Virus record (IMG/VR): IMGVR_UViG_3300031994_000077
Strand: one strand, 5' to 3'
Length of the DNA: 64,000 nt
Source: an uncultured virus (IMG/VR IMGVR_UViG_3300031994_000077)
Lineage: Duplodnaviria > Heunggongvirae > Uroviricota > Caudoviricetes
A program made the position numbers and the translations under genes. The notes beneath the pieces are model-generated. The model had not been told where the DNA came from, made no database searches, and saw only the letters and a list, made by a program, of their open reading frames with translations. Shown in pieces: positions 42,013 through 54,605 of this stretch (the first letter of the stretch is position 1; every line of letters begins with the position of its first letter).

Positions 42013-42582
42013 TCATTCCCGTTCCTCTTTGAAGGTTCTCAGCGTCGGAAGCTGTCCTGCTAAGAGTAGAAAGAATAGTGCGTTCCTCAGCTTGCGAAGC
42101 GGTGTAGGTTGGAAAGCTAGCACTCCGCGGCTTGTCATGTGGAACACCCCCGCAAGTCCTTTGCGCGAACACGTTCCGGCAATTTCGATGAATGCCGAAC
42201 GTTCCATAACGACTGTATTGTCCGGAATATCCTCAGCCGTTTCAATCCTATCCATAAGCGGAAAGACAATGTAAGCAGCGTTTGGCATAACGTCCGTTTC
42301 ATCCCATTCATAGCTTGAAGGAATGCCTACAGTTCCGCCGGTCTTAATTTCCGCCACTTTTCCGAATAGCTTCATATCCGCTTTCCCTGCCGAACGTGCG
42401 CGGAAATCGCTTTCATTACGTAATCCGCCATTGTACCAAAAATCACGGACATACGCTTCTACAGCCTTTTGAGATATTGCGAAGGTTTCCGCCGTGCTGC
42501 CTTTTTGACGTTCATTAATCGAACGTTCAGTCATTGCATGAATGGCACTTTCGCGTCTGTTTTCGCTCATCCGCATTTTCAT
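42013..42582 (-). CDS. Hypothetical protein, possible PD-(D/E)xK nuclease fold
   Basis: KADMKLFGKVAEIK motif; promoter near 42628-42657. Confidence 0.55.
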   Translation of the reverse strand: MKMRMSENRRESAIHAMTERSINERQKGSTAETFAISQKAVEAYVRDFWYNGGLRNESDFRARSAGKADMKLFGKVAEIKTGGTVGIPSSYEWDETDVMPNAAYIVFPLMDRIETAEDIPDNTVVMERSAFIEIAGTCSRKGLAGVFHMTSRGVLAFQPTPLRKLRNALFFLLLAGQLPTLRTFKEERE

Positions 42583-42967
42583 TTTTGTTTACCTCTTTTC
42601 TTTTGTTTTTTTCCCTTGCGGTGATTGTATCTTACACCCTACAGAATTAAAAGTCAATACCTTTTTTTCGCTTTTTTTATCTTTTTTTCGCGTTTTCTTT
42701 CGATTCGTCAAAATGCACAAAAACGGGGCGGTCTTTTTTACGCGGTCAGATGCGAATTTCTGCCCTATACGTAACACATGTTATTTTATTTTTGAAATAC
42801 TGACAGGGTGTCAATTATAATTGTTATTTAATTTTTGCCGTCTGTCAAGTTTTTAACAATCTGCGCGACGCAGGAGCAGGAGATTGACAGAATTTTCACA
42901 AGGCGGGGCGGTACAATCGGGAATGTTAGGGTCGTCTAACACGCCCGCTTCGCGGGCCTGGACAAAT

Positions 42968-43078
42968 TCCACCAACTTTTTTAAAACCAACTTTTTTAAA
43001 ATTGACTTTCACCAACTTTCCACCAACTTTTTTCAAAATTATTCTACCAACTACCCACCAATTATTACAAACCAATAC
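42968..43078 (+). repeat. Short direct repeats ACCAA(C/T)
   Basis: About seven ACCAAC/ACCAAT units, several followed by T-runs, upstream of the morphogenesis operon. Confidence 0.7.
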
Positions 43079-43107
43079 TTGACTTTTCTAATAAAATATG
43101 ATAAAAT
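43079..43107 (+). promoter_or_regulatory. sigmaA-type promoter of the morphogenesis operon
   Basis: TTGACT-17 bp-TAAAAT with an extended -10 TG. Confidence 0.7.
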
Positions 43108-43129
43108 ATCCATAACGGAGGTGACTGCT

Positions 43130-44452
43130 TTGAAAAAGGCATACAGCTTAGACTACTCCATAGAACGTGATAATGATAGGGTCGCCGCAATATATGATAT
43201 ATTAGATTAGTTACCAAGCGACCCCACCTCCACAGATTTGGAATAGATGGCAAATTATATATTATATGGGAAAGATGAGAATGGGCAAAATGCCATACAA
43301 AGGGGCGAAGCCACCAATGGCAACACCCGTTACAATTCGTTTAAAACCAAAGAAGATACCAACCTATCGTTAGAGGCCATATTAGATAATCCGATGGCCG
43401 ACCAGCAAGACTTAGCACCATAGTTAAAACATGAAGTATATATAAAGAAAACTCGTACTATTGCGCGCCCGAAATATAATAAGAAGACCGGCGAGCTAAT
43501 TGAAGTGGGGGATAGTGATATTCCAGGTATGCAAGAACTATGGGAGCGCATAGACCACCTGGAACATTGGATAGCGGCAATAGAGGGCCGCGTAGTACCC
43601 AATGAGTAGGATGAAATATTTGATAATTCCTATCGTCTATATTAGTTGAAACATATATTGATAGATTTGCGGCGCCACCAATACTATTTAAAAGATTACT
43701 ATAAACCCGTAATTAAATTTTAGGCAATAGACCATCCGCACGCCCAATTCTATGATTGGACTGCTGATTCCTTCTATTGGATGCCCTACGAGCAATGGCG
43801 GGCCCGCGTAGATAATGCCCTACTACATACTATATCCAAAGACCTTCAAGATTATGAAGTAGATGGCATTGCGCCCGACTGCAAGGTTAAATGGGTAGTG
43901 CGGCGCCACATATTCAATTGGGAAGACCCTCTCCACGTAAGGGCGCTAATAAATAATTATGAGTTGCTATATTAGTATATGCATGATAAGTTGAATACCT
44001 ATGGGTATACTTTATTACTGGACTTTGAACGGTATAGAAAAATGGCGGCCTTATCCCCTGTGCGCGAGTACCTATTAGAATAGAAGATATTACATACGCC
44101 CTATGATAAAATTATAGAGGGGCTACAAGTCAATTTTGATTTGCGCTATAATGAGAATCACCTAAGTACCATATTGGCGCAGGAAATACCTCAAAAGATT
44201 GCTATGGCCGCGACTAAGCATCGTCTAATATTAGATACGCCGCTGGAAAATATGAAGACTTGTTCTCATTGTGGCGCGGTTCTACCAAGAACTAACTTAT
44301 TCTTTGCCTATAATCGTAGTCGTAGAGATGGTTATTCTTCCAGTTGTAAGGAATGTGAGAGATTGATGAGAATATAGAGAGGAGGGCAGACTGCACATGA
44401 CAAGCGAAGCAAAGAGTCGTAGATGTCTAAAATGTAGGCAAGAAAAGCCTGA
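43130..44452 (+). CDS. Hypothetical DNA-binding-type protein with C-terminal zinc finger, 440 aa, TAG read-through
   Basis: GGAGGTG RBS and TTG start; track ORFs 43781 and 44141 share the frame; CSHC...CKEC. Confidence 0.75.
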
Positions 44453-45347
44453 GTATGCTTTTGCCCATACGCCCAGTAAATTCTTCCCTGGTCATCGCTC
44501 TCTAATATGCACAAATTGTTTAGAGACTATGATAGATTAGAGTAACTTAGGGGAAGTAGACAGGTTATGTAGGTACTTAGATGTGCCATTTGACTTAAAT
44601 AGATGGACGCAATTGTATTCTACACACAAGGACAAAACATTATCAGCATATTTTAATACCTTGTTAGACGATCACTATTCTGCTTTATAGTGGGCAGATG
44701 AAAACGAACGATGGCGTTTGGCACGCGAAGAAGAAACTATAAATGAAGAAATGGAAGTTCTAAGCGCGGCGAAGCTACGTCGTCTCCGAAAGGAATGGTC
44801 GTCTACCTATACAGAAGAAGAGCTATTATGGCTGGATGAATACTATAATTAGATATTAGCCACACAAAATGTATCGACGCCAATATTGAAGTCGCGCGCT
44901 CGCGACCTATGCGAGCTTACCTTACGTTCTAAGAAAGGCATACGCGAGGGGGCGGATGTAAAAAAGGATATGGACGCCATAGAGAATATTATAAAGAACT
45001 GCCATTTTGAAGCCTCTAATGCAAAATCTGCGGCAGACTTTGAATCCGTAGGTGAGCTAATGGTTTACTATGGCAAGAAAGGATGGCACCCAAATTGGCA
45101 TACGGAGCCACAGGACTCTATAGACTTTATGATGGAAAATATTCAAAATTATTTGAAACGTTTAGTTATGAATGAAGGCAATTTTGCTGAACAGGTCGAA
45201 GAGAAGCGCGCACGCTATAATATGACTGAGCGCCTTGAAGAAATTGAGAATGAAGCGGTTGAATTTGATGAAAATGCGGACATAGAATATGAAGGAGACG
45301 ATGAACTCGCGGCAGACCTTCAAAGTGAAGGTGAGATGAATGAATAA
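44397..45347 (+). CDS. Zinc-finger protein upstream of terminase (small-subunit position), 316 aa, TAG read-through
   Basis: CLKC...CTNC N-terminus in frame with track ORF 44886..45347. Confidence 0.7.
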
Positions 45348-47121
45348 AGATGCGGTTCTTCGTGATGGTACGCCAATTGAAAAAGGAATCGTATTAACAA
45401 AAGAGTTTCTTGACTCAAATCAAGCTTTATTCACTCGCTATTTAGATTTATGGATTCGTTATCCAGACTTATTGCTTGATATGATTCAAGACTATGAAGA
45501 TTCAAAAAATTTTCATATAATGCCTTTTTAGCGTATTGAATTGCGCGCATCTATGCGATATAGGTACACATTTTGGACTGCCACACGCGCGACCTCTAAA
45601 TCATTTACGGCTTATTTAAGTGCCTTTATGCGAGCAATGTTATTGCCTCGTTCAACGATAATGATTGCTTCTGATACGAAAGGTACAGTTATTAAAATTG
45701 CCGAAGCAAAGTTTGAAGAAATTTTTAGGCACTGGCCTCTATTAAGAAAAGAACTCGCTACGAGAGTAGATGATGGAAAAACTGGCGTTAAATCAAGTAA
45801 CAATTATTACGAGATTTATCTAAAAAATGGCAGTTTAATTTCTGTTGTATCTAAGGATACTTCTCGTGGCTTGCGCGCGACCGCTGCAATTTTGGAAGAA
45901 GCTGCATTAATTGAAGAAATACCTTTTAATGAAGTCCTCTGGCCGCAAATGAACATTGCACGACGTGAAGTAGATGGAACCATAAATCCCAATGAGCCAA
46001 GTGCTTCGTAGATTTTCATAACTACTGCCGCGGAACGTACTGTATTCATGTATTAGAAATTGATAGAAATTACCGTTAATGCAGTATTGCGCCCAAAGGA
46101 ATACTTTTCTTGGGGGCTAAGTTATGAAGTACCTCTTCATTATGGATTAATAGATAAAGCAACTCTTATGGACTAGCGATATTCTAACACTGTTAGTGAG
46201 GATTCATTCGCGCGCGAAAGTTTATCAATTTGGTCTGGCAACAGTAAGGAAGCCTGGTTAGATTCTAAAAAATTAGTAAAAAGAAGAACTTTATTAAAAT
46301 GTGAGCGAAAAGCACAAGAAAATCCAACTAATCCTGACACTTTTTATTTGATAGGTGCTGATATAGCTCGTTATTCAGCGAATACCGCAATTATGGTAAT
46401 AAAGGTAACTCCTAATGATAATGGCTTTAAAAAGAACGTCGTTTATACAGAAGTTATACATGGCGCTAATTATATCACTGAACAAGCGCCTAGATTGAAA
46501 AAGTTAATATAGTTATATAATCCACGAGAGATAGTCATTGATGGAAACGGCCCAGGAATTGGTCTATTAGATGCTATGGCAGTTCCATCAATAGATGCTA
46601 GAACTGGTGAACAATTTAAACCCTATTATGCTTTTAATAATGAGCATCATTTACCTGAATAGATGAAAAATGAAAGTGAATACCCTAGACCAGAATATGA
46701 TGCTATTATATATGATATAAAAGCTGGTGCTGGAAATGATGATGCTATACATTCTAATTTTTTTGCACAGATTAATAATGGCACCGTTTCTTTTTTGGCA
46801 CATGAACGTATTGTAAAGGATAAATTAATGTAGACCAAAAAAGGAAGGAAGATGACTCCTTATGATAGAAGGGTTTATCTTATGCCTTATGAAATGACTT
46901 CTAGATTAATAGATGAATTAAATAATTTAAAATTAAAGCCTACTGGCGTATAGAATCAATTCAAAGTAGAGCGAATCTCTCGTTCTATTGAGAAAGACCG
47001 GTTTAGTGCATTAGAGTATGGGCTTTATAGAGTAAAATATTATGAAGATAAGAGTTTAAAGAAAAAGAAGAAACGCGATTTTGGTTCATATATCTTTTTA
47101 AATCATAAGAGTAGGAGGTGA
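45340..47121 (+). CDS. terL: Terminase large subunit, 593 aa, TAG read-through
   Basis: ATRATSKS (Walker A variant), ILEEAA (Walker B), nuclease motifs GADIAR, VIDGNG and KDRFSALEY. Confidence 0.9.
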
Positions 47122-47128
47122 GATAAAG

Positions 47129-48685
47129 TTGGCTGAACAGAAAAAATATACTTTTACGGATTTTAAAAATAAAGTTCGTAAAAGTAACTTACGAGTTAAT
47201 AGAATGCCTGTTAATGAGCGCGCGTATCGCTCTTCTTGGGGATACCGACAGAATGTGCCAGTAGCGGATGATTTTACTTTAGATGAAATTTTAGACATAA
47301 TTAGATCTGGAGATTTTGAATCATTACGAGAGTTGTCAAGATATTATTATAGAACAAATAGCAATTATAGAAATAATATTGACTTCCTTGCTCATCTCCC
47401 ACTGTATGATAATCTAGTTATTCCTATCTATGAAGAAGGGAAGGGATCACAAGCTTAGATTACAAAGGCGTTTTATAATGCTTGTGATTTCATAGAAAAA
47501 TTGGATATACCTAATACTTTTGCTAGAATAACAGTAGAATGGTTACTAAATGGAGTATATTATGGTATCTTGCGTGAAGATGGCGAGCAAGCTGTAATAT
47601 AGGATTTAGCGATCTCATACTGTCGTAATAGATTTAAAGATTTTAATAATTTAGATATATTAGAATTTAACTTACAGTATTTTGATAATATTCCTGATGC
47701 AGAGATGCGCGCCGAGGCATTAAAAACTTTCCCTAAAATGATTCAACAAGAATATATTCGTTGGAAGAGTGGAAAATATAAAATGTCTCAGTGGGTGCCT
47801 ATCCCAGCCGCAATGGGAGGGATATGTTTTAGTTTCTCTAACGATCCAATTCCTCTTCTAATCGCCAGTATTCCAGAATTAAAGAAATTAGATGATGCTA
47901 TTAATAGAGAAGAAAAGCGTGATGAAAATGAATTATATAAGTTATTAATTCAACGTATGCCAATTAGTAATAATGGCGAATTAGTCTTTTAGCTTGAAGA
48001 AGTTGCGGATATTCATGAGTCAGTTGCCAGTATGTTAGCTGATGTAGATACAGTAGACGTTTTAACGACTTTTGGAGAAACAGATTTAGAGAGCTTATAG
48101 GATTCTTCCGCGGCAACCCAAGCATCAGATAGAATTGCAAAATATAGAAAAGATACTTGGGCCGCGCTTGGTAGAGGAGAAATTCTATTTAATCCAGAAA
48201 ACAGTTCGACTTTAGCATATCAATTAAAGAAAGATGAAGCTTTAATGATCGGGTATTTAAATACCTATGAAACGTGGCTTAAATATAATTTAAATGATAA
48301 GTTCGCGCGAAAAGATGTTGAGTTTGATTTTAAAATACTCCCAACCACTGTGTTTAATCGCAGCGATTTATAGCAATCATATTTCCGAGGCGCGCAATAT
48401 GGATATTCTAAAATGATTGCGGGCGTAGCTATGGGTGTAAAATAGAGGGATCAATTAAGTTTAATGAATTTTGAAAATGAATTCTTAAAGATGTCAGAAA
48501 AAATGGTTCCATTACAATCTTCATATACAACTTCTGGAACTGCTGTTGCAAATGAAGAAAAAACTGCGAAAAATACAACAGAAACGGTCAAGGTTCAAGA
48601 CATAACAAATACTGGGGGAAGACCAGAATTACCCGATGAATAGAAGTCTGAGAAAACTCAGGCAAATATCGCGGCAATGGGATAA
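47129..48685 (+). CDS. Portal protein, 518 aa, TAG read-through
   Basis: Directly follows terL; C-terminal PLQSSYT...GGRP; single frame broken only by TAG. Confidence 0.8.
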
Positions 48686-48700
48686 TAGGAGAGAATTATT

Positions 48701-49954
48701 ATGGATAGATAGATACCACTTAATTTTGAGTCAATGATAATTGATTCTCCCGTCCAAGAAATTTCAACTGCCAATCCTAATATATATCGTTTAAAAGTGC
48801 GCGTATTTACTAAATATGCTAATAGAAACGGTTCATATATTACTGAGGAAGTGGCAAATCAATTAATAGAAAGCGCAACAAATGGCTTAACTCCTGTTGT
48901 TGGATTTTTTGATCCTGAGACGAAGACTTGGGCTTCTCATACAGGCCCTACATTAGCTAATGCGTATGGTTATGTAGAAGATTTCTTGGGATGGGAACCA
49001 TTTCTTGATACAGATGGGGTTACTAGAGAATATGCAGTATTTTCTGTAATGCTATTTACTGAATATTATGAAGAAGCGAAAAACATTATTAATTAGAATC
49101 AAAGCATGGAATTAAATCCAAAATCTATTACGGGAGATTGGGCAGAAATTCAAGGCGAATATTATTATGTCTATACTACCGCAAAGATGATGGGATTCTG
49201 TGTAATTGGTTCTCATGAGCCTTGTTTTTCAGTTTCGGCATTCTTTTCAAAGGATGAATAGACTCGTAATGAATAGCTTTCATAGATTTCTTCACTTTTA
49301 TTTGATTTAAAAAAGCAAGTAGAAGGAATGGATAAGAAAGAACAAGGAGGAATACAACCGATGGATGAGTTTGAAAACAATCAGCCCGCTCCAGAGGAAG
49401 AAGTCAAAGAACCAAAAGAAGAGGAAAAGCCTGCTGAGTTTGAGGAGCAGGTAGAAGAAACTCCTTCTGAAGAAGAGGGGAAGCAAGAAGAAAAAGTAGC
49501 CTCTGATTTTGAAGTACTTCAGAACAGCTTTAATGAATTAACCGAAGCGTTTAATGATTTAAAGACTAAATATGAAGAAGCGATGACAACTATCTCTCAA
49601 TATAAAGAAGCTTCTGAAAAGGCTGAAAAAGATTTTAATGAAAAATATTCCGCTCTTGAAGCTAAGAATGTGGAATTACAAGAAATTTCTAACAAATATA
49701 ATGCAATGATTGAGCAGAAAGCGTTAGATGAAAAGAATTTATTAATACAAAAATATGAAAAACTTATTGATGAAGAAGAAATTGGTGTAATTCGTGAGTA
49801 GATTAATGACTTTTCTTATGATGAATTGGAAAGCAAGTTAGCGATTTGTTTTGCTAATAAGCAGATGGCCGGCGGTGAAGAGAAGAAAGTGCCACTACCA
49901 GAGCCTCAAGAATCTCAATTCGCTTTACTTATGAAGAAATATCGTAAAAATTAA
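48701..49954 (+). CDS. Prohead protease/scaffold fusion, 417 aa, TAG read-through
   Basis: NRNGSYI, NQSMEL and HEPCF motifs, then an acidic coiled coil; lies between portal and capsid genes. Confidence 0.75.
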
Positions 49955-49968
49955 GGAGGAATAAAGCT

Positions 49969-50550
49969 ATGAAAAGATTTCCACTAGAGCAGTATGCTTC
50001 TCTAGAATTAAATCAAGTTGCTTTCTCCAAGACTGGCATGGTAGTTTCTCAGACTCCTCTTGGCTCTGAGTTTACCGCTGCGAATCCTTGTGAGAATGGT
50101 ATGTGGGTACTTGCTGATAAAGCTGTTGGCACAATTGGTTCCGCCGCGGCTGTTACTGATACCCCAATCGGTATTGTTTATACCGCTGAAAAAGAATATG
50201 ATGACGCACATTATGGACTAAAGACCTTTGGTCGCAAGATTGCGGGTGACTATCCTCGCGTTGGCATTCTTGGTCTTGGTGACACTGTAACCACGAACTG
50301 CTTACAGTATGACGAGACTGAATTTGCCGCCGTAACTACTAGTGGTAGTGAAAAAACTTCTGATGAAGTTCTATTTGATGCTTTAAAAGCATGTGATACC
50401 ACTCCTGTCTATGTTTGCCTAGTTGCCGGTTCTCCAGTTCCAAAGCTAACTGGTACTAAGCCAAATGCTGGTATCTATGGTAAGGTTACTAAATTCTACA
50501 CTGTACCTAACGGCGAGAAAGGCGTTAAGTATCAGATTGTAAGTCTATAA
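49969..50550 (+). CDS. Head decoration/minor capsid protein
   Basis: Position before the capsid gene; strong RBS; no TAG. Confidence 0.65.
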   Translation: MKRFPLEQYASLELNQVAFSKTGMVVSQTPLGSEFTAANPCENGMWVLADKAVGTIGSAAAVTDTPIGIVYTAEKEYDDAHYGLKTFGRKIAGDYPRVGILGLGDTVTTNCLQYDETEFAAVTTSGSEKTSDEVLFDALKACDTTPVYVCLVAGSPVPKLTGTKPNAGIYGKVTKFYTVPNGEKGVKYQIVSL

Positions 50551-50564
50551 TGGAGGTGCGAACT

Positions 50565-51641
50565 ATGAATAATCTACAAGTTCTTATGAACGGCGTATTC
50601 GGTCGTAAAGTACCTGCTGAGTTCGCCGCCGAAAATTATGATTATGAAGCTGCGCTCAGAGATGAGCTAACTAAGCTTCTTTGCGATAGTAACGGTAAAA
50701 TTAATCGTTATAAATTCGAGCGCAATAAGTATGACCTATTTGAACTACTTTCTCAGAATCTTGATGAAGTACTTCCTCGTAGTGTTAGTGCTGCGCTTGA
50801 CATGTTTACCGAGGTAATTCAGGTTCCCCAGGGCTCTCGTCTTGAGTTCCGTGTTACTCGCGGCAAGCAGCGCGGCAAGCAGTTTGTAACCCGTGCTACT
50901 GAATCTGGTAACTATGAAGCCTTCCGTCTTGATCGGGATAAGTTTGATGTATATCCAGTTGCTATTGGTGGTTCTGGTATTATCGACTTTGAGCGTTATC
51001 TTGATGGTGTTGAGGATCTAACTGATATTTATCAGGTTATTAATGAAGGTATTGTTGATCGTATCTTTGAGATGGTTCAGGAGACCCTACTCCAGTCTTG
51101 GAATCTCGCGGGCCGTCCTGCGGCGAATAAGGTCAACGTTAATGGTTTTGACCCAGTTGCTATGACGAAGCTCTGCAATACTGTTGCTGCTTATGGCGCG
51201 CCAGTAATTTATTGCTCTCCTGAGTTTGCTTCTGATATGGTTAATGCTATTATTTATAACAACACCACGAAGATTTCTGATCAGGACATGATTGATGTTC
51301 GTGAGCGTGGCTATATCGGCAAGTTCCATGGCGTTCCTGTTGTAATTCTACCTCAGTCTTTTGTTGATGATACAAATACTAAGACTGTTATGAATCCTTG
51401 CTTTGCGTATGTTATTCCCGCCGGTCGTGAAAAACTCGTTAAGCTTGGCTTCGAGGGCAATTCTTACTTCCGTGAGTGGGAGCATGAGGGCGACAACGGC
51501 ATCCAGTTACAGGCTTATGTAAAGGTTGGTTGCGGTATCTATTCTACTCCTAACTATTGGGGTATTTATTATAATAGCGCTCTTAACGCGAATGGCCGCG
51601 ATGGTGGCTGGGCTGCGTACAATAGCGCACTAGTAAAGTAA
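50565..51641 (+). CDS. Major capsid protein
   Basis: 358 aa after GGAGG RBS; position in the head module; biased codon use; followed by a hairpin; no TAG. Confidence 0.8.
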   Translation: MNNLQVLMNGVFGRKVPAEFAAENYDYEAALRDELTKLLCDSNGKINRYKFERNKYDLFELLSQNLDEVLPRSVSAALDMFTEVIQVPQGSRLEFRVTRGKQRGKQFVTRATESGNYEAFRLDRDKFDVYPVAIGGSGIIDFERYLDGVEDLTDIYQVINEGIVDRIFEMVQETLLQSWNLAGRPAANKVNVNGFDPVAMTKLCNTVAAYGAPVIYCSPEFASDMVNAIIYNNTTKISDQDMIDVRERGYIGKFHGVPVVILPQSFVDDTNTKTVMNPCFAYVIPAGREKLVKLGFEGNSYFREWEHEGDNGIQLQAYVKVGCGIYSTPNYWGIYYNSALNANGRDGGWAAYNSALVK

Positions 51642-51653
51642 TTTATGATATAA

Positions 51654-51688
51654 AGGGGTGAGTGAAAAAATCTCACTCACCCCATTTA
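51654..51688 (+). terminator. Hairpin/terminator after the capsid gene
   Basis: GGGTGAGTGA...TCACTCACCC. Confidence 0.6.
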
Positions 51689-51708
51689 AGAGGTAAAAGG
51701 AGGATTTT

Positions 51709-52149
51709 ATGATTACAGTTAAAAATATTAGTTCTGCATTAGTAGTATTAATGCTTCCAGATTTACATTTCCGCAGAGAGCTAATGCCTGGGCGCGAAAT
51801 TCCAATTAAGCAAGAGGAATATGAGGCTATGACTTTTGATCCTGGTATTATGAATATGCTACAAGATCATTATATAAGATTTAATGGTATAACAGAGGAA
51901 GAGCAACCTGTTACCATTAATAATGATGAAGTATATGAAGCTGCGAATATAAAAAAGATGCTTGAAGAACAAGATATTACTAATTTTGCTAAATTCATTC
52001 CAACCGCCGCTCCCGCAGAAAAGGATGCCGTTGTTAAATATGCAACTGATCTTGGAATTACTAATGGCGGCTTTGTTACTTTAATTAAAAAATATTGTGA
52101 TGTTGATATTATAAATGCTATTAATACTCAGCATCAGCTTAATTCCTAA
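51709..52149 (+). CDS. Hypothetical head-module protein
   Basis: Intact ORF with AGGAGG RBS. Confidence 0.75.
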   Translation: MITVKNISSALVVLMLPDLHFRRELMPGREIPIKQEEYEAMTFDPGIMNMLQDHYIRFNGITEEEQPVTINNDEVYEAANIKKMLEEQDITNFAKFIPTAAPAEKDAVVKYATDLGITNGGFVTLIKKYCDVDIINAINTQHQLNS

Positions 52150-52637
52150 TGGCAACTCCCTTTTTAAAGGTATATGATGCGTTTCTTGCGCGCATAACCG
52201 CAGACGAATGGACTCTTGAAGAAGAGCTTGCCATAGTAGAGCGGGATTGGCAGGAACTTCTTAAAATGGCCATTTTTAGATTTAAATATCCTAGGGTAAG
52301 CTTAGATATAGAAGAAGTTGATTCCGAAGTTACTGACGATCACCATTTACATTCTTATCAGTTTGTAGAAAATTTGTCTAATGATGAAATTCAATTACTA
52401 GCTTTATATATGAAGCATGAATGGGTAAAACGATGTATAGCTAGTTGGGAGAATATTAGACAACTATATGCAGATAAGGATTTTAGTCAAGCAAATCACC
52501 TTGATAAGTTAAATAAACTAGAAGCCGCTGTAAGAGAAGAAGTTGATAAAGCTGTGGGAATTTATGACCGTTCAAGAAATAAGCGTCCCGCCGCATTATT
52601 TAAAAAATTGGCAGGAAAGAAAAATAATGCAAACTGA
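52149..52637 (+). CDS. Head-tail adaptor-like protein
   Basis: TPF..VYD.FL..IT N-terminus and DFSQANHL motif; position. Confidence 0.65.
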   Translation: MATPFLKVYDAFLARITADEWTLEEELAIVERDWQELLKMAIFRFKYPRVSLDIEEVDSEVTDDHHLHSYQFVENLSNDEIQLLALYMKHEWVKRCIASWENIRQLYADKDFSQANHLDKLNKLEAAVREEVDKAVGIYDRSRNKRPAALFKKLAGKKNNAN

Positions 52638-52908
52638 ATCATCTATAACCTTTGACGGGTATAAAAATAAATTAAAAGGGCGGCTTTATGGTTTATTATG
52701 TGAAAGAGAAAAAAATGGCGAGTGGGAAAAATTTTTAGATTCTATTATTATAGAGATTCAAGGATTGGGCGCGCAGAGCATAAATTGGTGGCCCTTAATC
52801 GGAAAACTAAATATGTTAAGAATGCTATCTTACGATTATTTCCGTAAGACAATCTTTGAATGCATGAATCTAATTGGAGGGCTAGAAGAGCCTAATGAAC
52901 TATCTTGA
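52627..52908 (+). CDS. Small hypothetical neck-module protein
   Basis: Start reassigned to MQTESS. Confidence 0.65.
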   Translation: MQTESSITFDGYKNKLKGRLYGLLCEREKNGEWEKFLDSIIIEIQGLGAQSINWWPLIGKLNMLRMLSYDYFRKTIFECMNLIGGLEEPNELS

Positions 52909-54091
52909 TGTTTATTTCTCTAGACTTAATCATTTAGGTGAGACTACTGCTGAACGTGTACGAAATGGTGGAATTAGATCGTTTGAAAAGTGGAAAGAAG
53001 AATCTCCACACACTATAAGAAATTTATCTGTTGAACGAGGAATTTATTTTGATGGTATTATATTAACTAATAAAGATAAAGAATATTCAAAAATAATGTT
53101 TTTGAATGTTGCGAATGACATTCCTTTACTTATTGGGGATATAATGAATTGGACGACAGATGATGGAAAAGAAGAAAAATGGATACTTTTTTAGGAAGAG
53201 AAAAAAGTTAATGGAACTTATAGAACTTTTTGGATTATTAGATGTAATTATTTGCTAAAGTGGATTGATAATTTAGGACATTTACAATAGTCTTGGGGTT
53301 ATATTGTTAGTTCCGTGGATAGTAAGATTAAAGGCAATTTTAGGACGTGGAATTCACTAATTACACCACAACCTAATAAATATGCTGAAATCCTTATGCC
53401 ACGCTATCCAATTAATAGAGCTACCAATTTTATTGTAGAAGAAGAATCTTGGACTGTGGTTGAATATGACCACACGAGCGTGCCAGGAGTTATTTATCTT
53501 TCACTAACTGAGGGCAAGATAAATAGCATTTATGATGACTTAAAGAACAATATTGCTGATACAGATAAATTAGCTAATTATAAAATTATAGTTCCAGCGG
53601 AAAAATAGAATTTTGCAATAGGGCAGACTATTATTCCTTCTTTTACATTAACTAAAAATGGAATTCCAATAGATGCTGAAATAGAACTACTACCAACGGA
53701 TAAGAAGGTTGCACGCATTATAGACGGCGCGCTTACCGCGGTAGGTAATGGAGAAACAAAGATAATGGTAAGATTAAAAGATTATCCATCTATCTTTGAT
53801 TACATAGATGTTGTTATTGATACAGAACCCGAAGTCTTTTCTGCGTATATTGAAGGAAAAGATAGTATACGATTAGACCGCGAATCAGCGTATAAATTAA
53901 TAGGTACTAATGATTTAGATGATGAAGTAGAATTTTCAATTGATACTACATTAGCTACAATTAAGAAAATAGACTCTACATCATGTTTAATTCATACGAA
54001 TAATAAGAACTTATTAGGAAGTTTTACATTAACAGCGACTTATAAAGGAACTTCATATACAAAAGAAATAAATGTAATACCATTATGGTGA
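52895..54091 (+). CDS. Head-closure-like protein with Ig-like C-terminus, 398 aa, TAG read-through
   Basis: Three track ORFs in one frame, broken only by TAG. Confidence 0.75.
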
Positions 54092-54101
54092 GGTGGGAAA
54101 A

Positions 54102-54605
54102 ATGGATTTAGAAATGACACAGCGACGCTTCTCTGTAATGGGAATGAATACTTTTAGAATTGCGAATAAGTTAATGTAGAATTAGAGAATTTGCAGGCTA
54201 TTAAAGTATCAGGTGCGCGACCCCTTTAACAAAGAGAAATATCCTGATGTTGATGGGGCAGAATTAATTAATAAGTAGATATTAATTATTCCTAAAATTT
54301 ATGATGACAGTACAGAAAAGATGTCATATATAACAGCTATTTTTGATGACTTTGTGGTAAATCAATTAAATCCAGAATTTAAAACATCAACAGTACGATT
54401 TGATATAGCATGTCCTTATGATGAATGGCTATTAGATGATCGTTCTTTACGGCCTTATTTAATAATGTAGGAAATAGATACAATGTTTAATGAGGGTAAA
54501 TTAGCAGGAATAGGTACATTACAATTTCATAGAGCAGATAATCTGACATTATCCCCTTGGATTGGTGGATATTCTATGAGGTATAAAATTAATGAATTTA
54601 ACTGA
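54102..54605 (+). CDS. Tail terminator/neck-like protein, TAG read-through
   Basis: ATG 54102 after GAGGTGG is open to TGA 54605 if TAG is sense; missing from the track. Confidence 0.7.

Noticed and set aside
45340..47121. Pyrrolysine as the meaning of TAG
   Set aside because: TAG is too frequent, falls in Gln-like contexts and no pyl genes are visible; not formally excluded without alignments.
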